64,000 nt of DNA from an uncultured Chloroflexia bacterium (GTDB lineage: Bacteria; Chloroflexota; Limnocylindria; QHBO01), in contig CAVWAU010000003.1 of the NCBI GenBank assembly GCA_963753125.1, forward strand, positions 12,128 to 76,127, in the 5' to 3' direction. Position 1 is the stretch's first letter. Each line of letters opens with the position of its first letter. A program made the position numbers and the translations under genes. The notes under the pieces are model-generated. The model saw only the letters and a program-made list of their open reading frames with translations. It was not told the DNA's origin and searched no databases. Below are positions 10,369 through 21,896 of the stretch, one piece after another.

Positions 10369-11703
10369 GCGACGGGCTGCTCGACGTCTGCGAGCGCGTC
10401 CTTGCCCGCGTGGGTGCCGGCGCCGAGGCCGAGGTGACCGTTTCGGGCGGCACGGATGCGCTCACCCGGTTCGCCACCAGCTTCATTCACCAGAACGTCG
10501 CCGATGCGGCCCAGCGCGTCCACCTGCGCATCGCGCTCGACGGCCGTGTCGCGGAAGCCGTGGGCAACCAGACCGATGACGACGCCCTCGACCGCCTCGT
10601 GGGCTCCGCCACCGATGCCGCACGACTGCGGCCGGTCGACCCCGGTTGGCCGGGGCTTGCGCCTCCCGCGCCGGCGCCCGCGATCGAGCACTGGGACGAG
10701 GCCACGGCGCAGGCCGAGCCGGACGCGCGCGCGGCTCGCGTCGGCGCGTTCGTGAACGCGGCGGACGGCCTCGAGACGGCCGGATTCTGCTCAACCAACG
10801 GCGAGGTGGTCGCGTTCGCAAACTCGGCCGGCCAGCGGCTGTCGGGTCGCACGAGCGCCGCCATCATCGACGGCATCGCGCGCACCGCCACCTCCGACGG
10901 CAGCGGTCGCGCCGCCTCCGTCCGCGTCGCGGATCTCGATGGAGGGGTCGTCGGCGACGGAGGCCACCAGGCGCGCGCACGAGTCGGCGGATCCATCCGA
11001 CCTCGAGCCCGGTCGCTACGAGGTCGTCCTGGAGCCTGACTGCGTCGTGGACGTCCTCACCTTCCTGGCGCTCCACGGCTTCAACGGCAGGGCCGTCGAA
11101 GAGGGCCGGTCCTTCGCCAAGCTCGGCGAGGCGCAGTTCGACCCGTCCATCTCGCTGTCCGACGATGTCGAGCACCCGATGTCGATCGGCATTCCGTTCG
11201 ACGCCGAGGGCACGCCGAAGCGTCGCGTCGAGCTCGTGCGCGACGGAGTGACCACGAGCCTGATCCACGACCGGCGCACCGCGAAAGCACTCGGAGCCGA
11301 GTCGACCGGGAATGCCGTCGCCGGCGCGGGACCGTTCGGCGCGCTGCCGGCAAACGTGGTCCTGGAGCCCGGCTCAACCTCGCGCGACGAGATGATCGCC
11401 GCGGTCTCTCGAGGATTGCTGGTCACCGACTTCTGGTACACCCGCGTCCTCGACCCGCGCACCCAGGTGGTGACCGGGCTGACGCGTAATGGTGTCTGGC
11501 TGATCGAGGAAGGCCGCGTCGTCCGACCGGTGACCAACATGCGATTCACCCAGTCGTTCCTCGATGCGCTCTCGCCGGGTAACGTGCGGTCGGTCGGGTC
11601 CGAGCTCACGCTGGTGGGCGGCGCGGTCTTCGGGCTCGGCGCCTACGTCGTCCCTGCGCTGCACCTGGCCTCGTGGAACTTCACCGGCGGCGCCAAGGGC
11701 TGA
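10365..11703 (+). CDS. pmbA: PmbA/TldE-family protease partner, frameshifted as sequenced
   Basis: ATG 10365 overlaps the tldD TGA (ATGA). MSDGLLDVCERVLARV...FATSFIHQNV lies in the ORF 10092 frame, with a shift near 10960 into ORF 10939 (GRYEVVLEPDCVVDVL...LVTDFWYTRVLDPR...LASWNFTGGAKG). Confidence 0.8.
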
Positions 11704-11707
11704 CGGG

Positions 11708-12298
11708 CTAGCTGCTGCCCGGCTTACGGATGGGCACGCCCGCGTCGCATAGCTCGCAGGCACCGGCTTCCCAGGAAGGAACCTCGATCCGGCCCAGCGA
11801 GTGGAGCGTCACACCAAGATCGACCGGCTCGACGGACCGGTCGACCATGACCGCCGCGGCGACGGGCTCGACGCCGGCCGCCCGCACGGCCTCGACCGTC
11901 TCGACCAGGGAGGCGCCGGTGGTCAGGATGTCGTCGACGATCGCCACGCGCTCGTCCGCGGCGATCGGCCAGCCGCGGCGCAATGCCCGCCCGCCGGCAG
12001 CCACCGGCTCGGCGAAGGCCGCACGAACCGAGCCACCGAGCTGGCGAGCCGTCTCGAACGAGAGGAGGACGCCACCGGTGGTAGGCCCGACGACCAGCGT
12101 GGGAGCGTACGGCGCAAGCGCCTCGGCGAAGCGGCGGCACAGCTCCACGCCGTAGCGAGGGTGCTGCAGGACAAGGAACTTCTCGAGGTAGCGGCCGGCG
12201 TGGCGCCCCGACTTCAGGACGAAGTGGCCGTCCAGCAGGGCCCCGGCATCGGCGAAGAGGGACTCGACGGAGGCGTCGCGAAGGGACGCGTCCGTCAT
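11708..12298 (-). CDS. pyrE: orotate phosphoribosyltransferase
   Basis: Internal Met of ORF 11708..12358 (MTDASLRD...). It has the PRPP motif VAIVDDILTTGAS and GHFVLKSGRH. The start ATG overlaps the stop of the upstream gene by 4 nt. Confidence 0.85.
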   Translation of the reverse strand: MTDASLRDASVESLFADAGALLDGHFVLKSGRHAGRYLEKFLVLQHPRYGVELCRRFAEALAPYAPTLVVGPTTGGVLLSFETARQLGGSVRAAFAEPVAAGGRALRRGWPIAADERVAIVDDILTTGASLVETVEAVRAAGVEPVAAAVMVDRSVEPVDLGVTLHSLGRIEVPSWEAGACELCDAGVPIRKPGSS

Positions 12299-13122
12299 TC
12301 GTAGACGGCGGTGAAGTCGACCGCCGGATACCGCTCGGCGAGCGCCTCGGTGACCCAATGGAGCACGTCGGCTGGGTCGTAGAAGGCGGCGATCGTCTTG
12401 GCCTCGGTGACCATCAGCCCGGGACGGCGGGCCTCCGCAGTGCCGATCACGTCCTCCGGCCGATCGGACAGGTCGAGGCTCGTCTCGAAGCGCCCGTCCG
12501 CTCGAAGGATGAGCATGTCCTCCGGCTCGTCGAGCAGGGGAAGGTCGCCGGTGCGACGCAGAACCTCCTCGGCGTTCGAGGTGAACTCGCGAAGGAGCTG
12601 TGCCTGCGCCGTGCCCAGCTGCGTGCGGTAGGCATCGGCCAGCTGCCAGAGGCGCTGCGCGGCGAGGGTTTCCTGCTGCGAGGGAGGAAGCTCGGCCTGC
12701 CAGTCGTCGGACGCCGAGGCCTCGACCAGCTCCTCCTCATGCGCGAGCTCATCCGCGGCGATGAGATGGCCCGGGGGGTCGCGGGACGCCTCGATCAGCC
12801 AGGTGAAGATGTCGGCCGGGTTGTAGAGCTCGATGACCTCGCTGATCGTGTCGACCACCTGCTCCTGGTCGTACCACTCGCTATCGGCCGGATCCTGGTA
12901 GGTGAGCCGGGTGGTCCACGTCTCGTCGACCGGGTGGTAGAGCAGGTAGTCCTGCTCGTTGTCGACGAGCTTGATGGGGCCGATCTCGCGCAGCCGCTCC
13001 CGGTTCTGGTCCAGGAATCGGCGGAGCTGCTCCGTCGCCTCGTAGAGGAAGTCCTTCCGCTCGAGCTCCGCTTCGGCCGCGACCTCGCGGAGCGCAACGA
13101 AGCGTGGTGAGGACGCCTTCAC
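12295..13122 (-). CDS. hypothetical acidic protein with internal duplication (275 aa)
   Basis: Intact ORF, translationally coupled on both sides. Two related segments: VVDTISEVIELYNPADIFTWLIEASRD and AKTIAAFYDPADVLHWVTEALAERY. No family recognised. Confidence 0.6.
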   Translation of the reverse strand: MKASSPRFVALREVAAEAELERKDFLYEATEQLRRFLDQNRERLREIGPIKLVDNEQDYLLYHPVDETWTTRLTYQDPADSEWYDQEQVVDTISEVIELYNPADIFTWLIEASRDPPGHLIAADELAHEEELVEASASDDWQAELPPSQQETLAAQRLWQLADAYRTQLGTAQAQLLREFTSNAEEVLRRTGDLPLLDEPEDMLILRADGRFETSLDLSDRPEDVIGTAEARRPGLMVTEAKTIAAFYDPADVLHWVTEALAERYPAVDFTAVYE

Positions 13123-13445
13123 GGCTTGTACACGAAGTCCGGGCCCATACGCTCGCGCAGGAAGATCGTGTGCTTCGAGTCGAAGATCGACTCGGCCACC
13201 CGGTGGCCGAAGCCCTGCATGCCCGGATCGGCGTACAGCCTGTCGAGCACGGCGTAGTTGGGCAGGTCCAGGATGAGCACGTTGTTCCAGGTCGAGCCCT
13301 CGGTCACGTTGAACCAGCCGATGAAACGGACGCCGTACTTCTCCTCGGTCTCCCGGGCGCGCTTCGGGAAGAGGTGGCGCATCCCGCGCTTGAAGATGGC
13401 GTCGCGGCCCTTCCGGACGTTGAAGAAGGTGACCATCAGCGGCAT
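13119..13445 (-). CDS. hypothetical protein (108 aa)
   Basis: Intact ORF with realistic composition (FIGWFNVTEGSTWNNVLILDLPNYAVLDRLYADPGMQGFGHRV). It overlaps the next gene by 4 nt. No confident family. Confidence 0.6.
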   Translation of the reverse strand: MPLMVTFFNVRKGRDAIFKRGMRHLFPKRARETEEKYGVRFIGWFNVTEGSTWNNVLILDLPNYAVLDRLYADPGMQGFGHRVAESIFDSKHTIFLRERMGPDFVYKP

Positions 13446-13457
13446 CGGTGCTGGTCC

Positions 13458-13772
13458 CTATCCGTCATCGGGGTCCTCCTCGGTGCTGATCACACGGGTC
13501 TCGGGCTTGGCCACCCCAGTCTGCCGTCCTCGGCCGCCACGCCGATCGGCAAAGAAGACGCGGAGCAGGAAGACGCTGGTCATGCTCACGAAGAAGAGCA
13601 GGACGAAGTCGATGAAGAGGAGCGTCGCCAGCACCCAGACCGGCCAGTTGAAGGTGAAGAGGCCGATCGGGATGAGGAACAGGATGACGGCGAACAGGAT
13701 CGCCTGCGTGACGAAGCATCCGAAGCCGGGACCCTCGTTCGGGTCGAGCTCCTCGTTGTAGCGGACTGACAA
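13458..13772 (-). CDS. small integral membrane protein (104 aa)
   Basis: Intact ORF with two long hydrophobic helices (FVTQAILFAVILFLIPIGLFTF, WVLATLLFIDFVLLFFVSMTSVFLL). It is visibly less GC-rich than its surroundings. It sits directly downstream of pyrC, a position where mycobacterial pyr operons also carry a small membrane-protein gene. Confidence 0.6.
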   Translation of the reverse strand: MSVRYNEELDPNEGPGFGCFVTQAILFAVILFLIPIGLFTFNWPVWVLATLLFIDFVLLFFVSMTSVFLLRVFFADRRGGRGRQTGVAKPETRVISTEEDPDDG

Positions 13773-13839
13773 GCCATTCCTCGCCTGGGCTCAAAGGGAT
13801 GTGGCGAGCCGCATGGTCCCATATCCGGCACCCCGACGC

Positions 13840-15197
13840 TCACGCTCGATAGGTGATCCGGCCGTCCGCCACTGTCATCCGCACGACCCCCGGCAGCTCC
13901 ATCCCCAGCAGCGGCGTATTCGATGACGCCGAAGCCAACGCCGATGCCTCGACGCGCCAGCGCGCCTCGGGATCGAAGACCACCAGGTCGGCCGCCTGTC
14001 CCGGAGCCAGGCTACGTCGCTCGCCGATGATCTCGGCCGGGCGAATCGAGAGCGCCGCCACGAGCGTCGCCAGCTCCAGCCGGCCGGCCGCCACGGCCGC
14101 CAGGCCCAGCGAGAGGGCCGTCTCGAGGCCGATGAGCCCGGGGGCCGCATCGTCGAACGGCACGAGCTTGCGCTGGGGCGGATGGGGAGCGTGGTCGGTG
14201 GCGATGGCGTCGACGCTGCCGTCGGCGAGCCCGGCCAGCAGGGCCAGCGCATCCTCGCGAGACGCCAGCGGCGGATTGACCCGGCAGCGACCGTCGTAGG
14301 CGCGGTCGGGGTCGAGCGGCTCGCCATCCGCCGGCTCGTCCTCCCACGCGAATTGCCGCGATCCGGCGACCCAGGCGTCGGTCATCGCCAGGTGGTGCGG
14401 GGTGACGTCGCAGGTCACCGGCAGGCCGCGCGCCCGAGCGCGGCGGACCGCCTCGAGCGCCGCACCCGTCGACAGATGCGTGAGATGCAGGCGGGCACCC
14501 GTCTCCGCGGCAAGGGCAATGTCGCGCTCCACGATCGTCAGCTCCGCGCTCGGCGGCCAGCCGGCGAGCCCAAGTCGGCTCGCGGTGGGGCCGGCGCGCA
14601 TCACGCCGCCGCCCGCGAGCGACGCGTCCTCGGCATGCTCGATGAGCGGCAGTCCCAGCCCGCGGAGGTAGGTCATCGCCGTGCGAGCGAGACGCGGCGA
14701 GGGAACGGCAGCGCCATCGTCCGAAAAGGCGACCGCACCCGACTCGGCCATGGAGCCGAGCTCGGCGAGCGCCTCGCCGGCCCGCCCGACGCTGACGGCG
14801 CCGATCACCCGTACCCGGCACGCGGCATCCCGCGCCCGCTCGATAACCCAGCCGATCCGCGCCCGCTCGTCGAGCGGGGGCTCGGTGTTTGGCATCGCGC
14901 ACACGGTGGTGAACCCGCCGCGGGCCGCCGCCTGCGCGCCCGAGGAGATCGTCTCGGCCGCCTCGTCGCCGGGCTCACGGAGATGGGCGTGCAGGTCGCA
15001 GAAACCGGGGCCGGCGACCAGGCCGGTGGCATCGACCCGCTCCGCACCGGCGGGCAGGAGCGCCGGATCCCGGATGAATCCATCCACGATCGCCAGGTCC
15101 CGCACCGTGTCGGACCCGTCATTCGGGTCGATGAGCCGCACGCCCGCCAGGAGCAGGTTGGCCGGCGCATCGGTCAAGCGCCCGAACTGGCCGGGGG

Positions 15198-15201
<4 letters not shown>
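13840..15201 (-). CDS. pyrC: dihydroorotase
   Basis: Intact 453-aa ORF with the amidohydrolase metal motif DLHAHLREPG and later DHAPH. Position is pyrB-pyrC, with a 4-nt overlap with pyrB. Confidence 0.9.
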
Positions 15202-16714
<1,513 letters not shown>

Positions 16715-16749
16715 GCTCGGCGCAGAGTATACCGGTGCCGCCCGCTCGA

Positions 16750-18537
16750 CTAGGGCTCGAGCACCTCCGGCGTCTGGTCGAAGGCCGCCGGGCCGATCCA
16801 CCCTTCGTCGGCGGATCCCAGGACCCGGACCGTGTCCGCAACGTCGCCCGTGTTGCGCTCGATGAGCAGCAGCTCGGCGCGCGGGGTATCGAGATCGCCG
16901 GCGAGCGGCTCTCGAGCGGTGATGACGAGGTGCTTGCCGGTCGGGGAGACCTTGACGTCGACCACGATCAGGCCCGCCGCCACGTCGTCCTTATCGATGG
17001 CGTGGAGCTGGGTCAGGCCGCGGGGATCGGTGGCGTGTCCGAAGTACACGCGCGTCGGATCGGGATACAGCACGTCCGTTCCCTGGGACTCGCCGGCCCA
17101 CTCGGTGTCCCAGACGGCGTACGCGTCGCCGTCACTGCTCCACGTGATGGACGCCGAGGTGAACGCGGCCTGGTCGATGGTGAGGTCGCTGAAGAGCGGA
17201 CGCTCGCTGTCGAACCGGTACGTTCCACCGGCCGCATCGTGCTGGGCCAGCTGCGGCGCGCCGCCTTCGACGAAGTCCCAGCCCGAGCCCTCTTCGCGCT
17301 GCATCGCGCCCCGCCAGAAGATGGCGAAGGAGCCATTCGTATTGAGCAGCGGCTGGAAGATTCCCTCGGCGGTGGCGTGGGCCTCCGATGCCGGATCGAT
17401 CAGCTCCTCGTGCCCGGCGTCGCTCACTGGCTCGGTGAGGTAGCTGGTCGGCTGCGCATCCGCTGTGCTCACCCAGAGCAGCGGCTCAGCGTCCTCACGA
17501 GCCACCCAGCTGGCCGCGAACGCGTTGCCGACTTCGGTGAGCTGCCAGGACTCGGCATCATCGGTCTCGAAGATCCACACGTCCGTGGTCTCGTCGGGTG
17601 CCTCATCTGCGAGGGTGTAGGCCAGGTAACGGCCATCGGGCGACCAGGACAGCCGCTCCAGGAACGGCGTCCCCATCGTGGAGCTGCCCAGGACGACGGT
17701 GTCGCCGACCGCCATGGAGGAGTCGGGCGGCGCCGATGCGTCGGGGTCGGATGCCGCCGGCGCCTCCGCGACGCGGGTGGCACGGACCTCGCTCATGCCG
17801 CTCAGACCGACCTCGGTGATGTAGGCGAGCCACTGCCCATCGGGCGAGAGCTCGGCGGCGACGGGCGGGCCACTGGGCGTGTCGTCGACCTCGGCCGCCG
17901 GTGGCGGCGACTCCCCGACCGGAGCCGCCTCCGCTACCGTGAGGGCCGGGTCCTCGAGCGTGCCGGTGAATGCGAGGAAGACGTCCGGCTCGGGTGCCAC
18001 GGCCACCGGGTTGGGTGTCTGGCTCGGCGCTGCCGAAGGGGGAGGTGCAGACTCACCTGGAGGTGCGGGCGACGCCGACGTGGGAACCGGTGGCAGCGTC
18101 GGGGCGATGATCGCCGGAGTTGCCGTCGCCGTCGGCTCCGGCGCGAGGCTGAGGGTCGGCGTGGGGGTTGCCTGGCCGACCTGCGGCTCCTGCGGCGAGC
18201 CATTGAGCAGCACGATCGCCAGGAGCGCGCCGAACACGGCCGCGAGGCCTCCGCCGGCACCGGCGAAGATCACCGCCGGGCGTCGCCAAAAGGGCACCCG
18301 GGCGAACCGGCCGCGCTCGATCCCGGTCCGAACCCGCGGGCCGAGGTCGCGGGGTGGCGCGACGTGACGCAGGCCGCCCATGATCCGCCGCTGTTCGGCG
18401 AATGCGGCAAGCGTCGCGCGGCACTGGCTGCAGGAGTCGAGATGGGCATCGAGCCACTGACGCTCGGCGTCCGTCAGCTCCTCGGTGAGTGACGCGCTGA
18501 TCAGCTCCTCGAAGGCCTCGTGGCGATTCATCGTCAT
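16750..18537 (-). CDS. anti-sigma factor: zf-HC2 N-terminus, one TM, Pro-rich linker, TolB-like beta-propeller
   Basis: Intact 595-aa ORF. Elements: HLDSCSQCRATLAAF (H-x3-C-x2-C), a TM (AVIFAGAGGGLAAVFGALLAIVLL), a PTPTLSLAPEPTATATP... linker, and repeated LSPDGQWLAY / WSPDGRYLAY / VSPTGKHLV propeller signatures. Its start overlaps the sigma gene stop by 4 nt. Confidence 0.8.
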   Translation of the reverse strand: MTMNRHEAFEELISASLTEELTDAERQWLDAHLDSCSQCRATLAAFAEQRRIMGGLRHVAPPRDLGPRVRTGIERGRFARVPFWRRPAVIFAGAGGGLAAVFGALLAIVLLNGSPQEPQVGQATPTPTLSLAPEPTATATPAIIAPTLPPVPTSASPAPPGESAPPPSAAPSQTPNPVAVAPEPDVFLAFTGTLEDPALTVAEAAPVGESPPPAAEVDDTPSGPPVAAELSPDGQWLAYITEVGLSGMSEVRATRVAEAPAASDPDASAPPDSSMAVGDTVVLGSSTMGTPFLERLSWSPDGRYLAYTLADEAPDETTDVWIFETDDAESWQLTEVGNAFAASWVAREDAEPLLWVSTADAQPTSYLTEPVSDAGHEELIDPASEAHATAEGIFQPLLNTNGSFAIFWRGAMQREEGSGWDFVEGGAPQLAQHDAAGGTYRFDSERPLFSDLTIDQAAFTSASITWSSDGDAYAVWDTEWAGESQGTDVLYPDPTRVYFGHATDPRGLTQLHAIDKDDVAAGLIVVDVKVSPTGKHLVITAREPLAGDLDTPRAELLLIERNTGDVADTVRVLGSADEGWIGPAAFDQTPEVLEP

Positions 18538-19115
18538 CGCGCAAAGCCCTCCGCGGCCAGGAGGCGCCGCATCTCGCCACGGGCCCGGCAGAGCAGGGTG
18601 CGGACCGCGGCGTACGAGAGGCCCATCACCTCACCGATCTGCTGCGGGCTCATGTCCTCGAGGTCGCTGAGGAGCAGGCACTGCCGGTGATTGGGGCGAA
18701 GCCGCATGAGCGAACGCTGGACGCGCTCGTCGAGCGTCGACGCCATCACCTGCGCCTCGGGTCCCGGGCGGAGGTCGGGCCGGTTGGCGTAGCTCGGCGC
18801 ATCGTCGCCCATCGGGGTCACCATCCGACGCCGGCGCATGTCGTCGATCGCGGTGTTGGTGGCGATGCGGTACAGCCATGCCCGGGTCGAGGTGGCTTCG
18901 GTCACGGTGTCGAGCTTTCTGTATGCCTTGATGAACGTGTCCTGCGTGATGTCGGCCGCGCGGTCGGGATCGCCGACCATGCGCAGCACGTAGTTGTGGA
19001 TGGGCGCGGAGAACTCCTCGAAGAGTCGGGCGAACTCGGCATCGCTGGCGGAGACATGGCGCGTCACCGTGGGCTGATCCCAGGCGATCGGGACAGGAAC
19101 CGCCATCGAGCGCAC
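18534..19115 (-). CDS. ECF (group IV) sigma-70 factor
   Basis: Intact ORF. Region 2 is DITQDTFIKAYRKL...AWLYRIATNTAIDDMRRRR. Region 4 is CLLLSDLEDMSPQQIGEVMGLSYAAVRTLLCRARGEMR. Confidence 0.85.
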   Translation of the reverse strand: MRSMAVPVPIAWDQPTVTRHVSASDAEFARLFEEFSAPIHNYVLRMVGDPDRAADITQDTFIKAYRKLDTVTEATSTRAWLYRIATNTAIDDMRRRRMVTPMGDDAPSYANRPDLRPGPEAQVMASTLDERVQRSLMRLRPNHRQCLLLSDLEDMSPQQIGEVMGLSYAAVRTLLCRARGEMRRLLAAEGFAR

Positions 19116-19177
19116 CTCGTCCTCCGCACTAGCCGCCCCTCCCCGCTCCGACTGTGACGCATCGGTGTCGTCAACTG

Positions 19178-20160
19178 TTACCGATGCAGATGAGCTCGCA
19201 GCACCTCGGCAGCATATTCGGGCGCCACCGGGTTCACCGCCAGTGCCGTCGCGCGCTCGAGCCCGGCGATGACGCGCAGGCGCGGGTGAAGCTCCCAGTG
19301 CCAGTGGAACGTCTGATCGAGCCGTTCGCCCGCGGGCGACGTATGCAGGAAGAGGTTATACGGCGGGTCGCCGAGAGCGTCGAGCGTCTGGAGCGCGCGC
19401 TGGAGGGTCGCCGTGGTGGCGGCGATCGCCTCGTCGTCGATCGACGTGAAGTCGGCCGCATGCGCGCGCGGCACGACCATCATCTCGAACGCGGAGCGAC
19501 TGGCCGCCGGCGCGAAGACGATCGCGTGGTGGTCGGCGAACACGAGGCGCTCGCCGTTCTCCTCCTCCGCCTCGGCCAGCGCGCACCACACGCAGCGGCG
19601 CGTCTTGATCATCTGGCGCGCCCCACCGCCGATCTCCTCGGCCACCCAGTGCGGCACCTGCGGGATCGCGTACAGCTCCACGTTCAGGTGTGAGGTGCGC
19701 GCGCCGGCCTGGCGGCCATGGCTCTGGACGACCTGGATGTAGAGCGGCTCGGCCCGCCCTTCGGAGTCGGTCTCGCGTGGCGCGTCGCCGATCGCCCGCA
19801 TCGCGTCGCGCGCTGCCCGCAGCAGGCCGCCGGCGAGCTGGGGCGCGGCGTCCGTCATCCGCTCGTGATGCTCCCTCGGACCGACCAGGATCTCCCACGA
19901 GCCGGTGGCACGCTCCACCTCGCTCATCGAGAGCTGCGCGGCACGCTCCTTGGACGAATCGATGCGGTGGAACGCGTCCGAGCGGAGCGGCACGCGTCGA
20001 ACGTGGTGCGGCGGCTCGTCGGCTGAGGCGTCATCGCAGTGACGGCAATGGGTGCCTTCGACGGGCTGCGCCTCCACCTCGAAGGCTTCGCGGGAGAACG
20101 CCCGGTCGGCGACGATGGCGGACCACCAGCCCGTGACCGGGTCCCGTCGCAGCTCGAACA
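19178..20160 (-). CDS. GalT-family (hexose-1-phosphate nucleotidyltransferase-like) protein with degenerate first-half active site
   Basis: Single frame from GTG 20160 (FELRRDPVTGWWS). It has a zinc-knuckle-like CRHC and CVWC and the second-half motif FHWHWELHP. Where GalT has AGAS..HPHSQ, this protein reads AGARTSHLNVE. Confidence 0.7.
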
Positions 20161-20189
20161 CGGCCGCATCGTACCCGAACGCGCACGCG

Positions 20190-21283
20190 CTACCGAAGCG
20201 CCTCGATGAGGTCGTACGGGTCGGAGCCCACGATCGGCGTCCCGTACAGCTCCATGGCGCCGATGTCGGACGGGCGAAGGAACGGATCGCCCCGATCGAC
20301 GAGCCTGACCATCGGCGGGATGGCCTCCCAGCCCTCGGCGTCCGCCAGCGGCGGGCGCCACAGCGCGAGGTTGAAGGAGGTCGACGCCGACGCGGTCGCG
20401 GTAGCCGATCAGCGTCCGCGCCAGTGCGTCGGCGAAGGGCGGGTCCGTCTCCTCCCTGCCGGGCGTGCCGATGAGCAGCAGCTCGCGCTCCTTGCGCGGG
20501 GTGAGGTGCGCGACGAGAACCACGCCGCCGGGAAGGTCGATCGTCAGCCCGAGCGCTGCGGTGCACCGCGATCATCTCCTCGATCAGGTCCCCGTCGTAA
20601 GCCGGCGCGGCGTCTCGCGCGGAGTCGCTCAACCGCCGCGTAGTGCGACCCGGAGCCGAGCAGCGCCTGCGCGTGGCCGTGGATGATCGAGCTGCCGGCG
20701 CGCCAGAGGCAGTTCCAGATGAGCAGGTAGTTCACCGCGTCGGGATCGTCGCGGCGGGCGCGTTCGGCCCACTCCCGTCCGGTGCGCAGGAGGTCCACCA
20801 CCGTCTCCGTATCGAAGGCGAGCGGGTCGTGCACGTCGAAGACAAGCACGGCGTGGTGCGCATCGGCCATGGCCGCGTTGGCGCCGGTGATGACGCGCGT
20901 CCCGCGGACTCGTCCGAACGTGTCGGCAGGCGTGCCGGTCTCGGGATGGCAGAAGGGGTCTCCCTCGACGGTCGCCGGATCTCCGCTGGCGAGGTCTCGA
21001 CCATGCTCGGGTCCGTCGACCGGGCGGCGGCTGCGCAGCGGCGCGAAGAGCGTCGCCTCGCAGCGTCACGCGGATTCGTCACCTTCAGCACGGCCTGGTC
21101 GCGCACCGCCGCGACCGAGCCGAACGTGGCGGCGAGCCACGGCTCCAGCTCGGGCGGCGGCACGGTGCTGGCCGCTCACCAGCCGAACCTCGTAGAGGCG
21201 GTCCGCCCGCTCGCGCGCCGCGCCGGTCAACGCCTCCAGGCGGGCCGGGAGCTCGAGGACGCCCGTCAGTCGTACTCCCAACA
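20190..21283 (-). CDS. GalT/HIT-superfamily nucleotidyltransferase-like protein, multiply frameshifted as sequenced
   Basis: Pieced from at least 5 frame segments: MLGVRLTG...; PPELEPWLAATFGSVAAVRDQAVLKVTNP; HAVLVFDVHDPL...NYLLIWNCLWRAGSSIIHGHAQALLG (intact H-x-H-x-Q); DLIEEMIAVH; VVLVAHLTPRKERELLLIG; and FNLALWRPP...GSDPYDLIEALR with TAG at 20190-20192. The start is uncertain. Confidence 0.55.
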
Positions 21284-21856
21284 TAGGCCGATGCGGCAGG
21301 GCGGCCCACTCGTCGCGGAGCAGGCTCATGACGTGGACATCGATGTGCTCGCCACGCCCGAAATGCGCGCGACGCAGGGTCCCCTCGTGGCTGAACCCGG
21401 CCTTCTCGTACGAACGGCGAGCCCGATCGTTCCCGGCGTAGACGTACAGGCCGATCCGCTCGAGCCGCAGCTCGCCGAAGCCGAAGTCGCAGATGGCGCG
21501 CAGCGCATCGGTCCCGTGGCCCTTGTTCCACTCGCTTTTCTCGCCGATGGCGATGCCGAACTCGGCGTTGCCATTCTGGAAGTCGACGCCGTGCAGGCCG
21601 ATCGTCCCGATCGGTCGAGAGTCGTCCAGCAGGCAGATGACGAAGTGGTAGTCGGTGGTGCCCTGGGCGGCCAGCATGCGTTCGAACCACTGGGCCTCGG
21701 CAGCCTCGCTCATCGGTGCCCGCATGGCCAGGTTGCGCAGCACCTCCGCGTCGTTGAACCAGCGCACGAAGAGGCGCGATGTCGTCGCGTTCGGCTGGCG
21801 CGGAGGTAGACGTGGTCGCCGCGGATGATCGGCCGGCGTTCGGCTACGCTGCTCAT
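21265..21856 (-). CDS. GNAT N-acetyltransferase (RimJ/RimL-like), frameshifted as sequenced
   Basis: ATG 21856 gives MSSVAERRPIIRGDHVYLR, then a shift near 21795 into FVRWFNDAEVLRNLA...IGTIGLHGVDFQNGNAEFGIAIGEKSEWNKGHGTDA...NDRARRSYEKAGF. The in-frame stop is missing; a TGA at 21265-21267 is reached only after one more shift, so the 3' end is approximate. Confidence 0.7.
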
Positions 21857-21896
21857 CTGCGCCCGAGTCTAGCGTCCGCAAGGAGGACCGATACCG

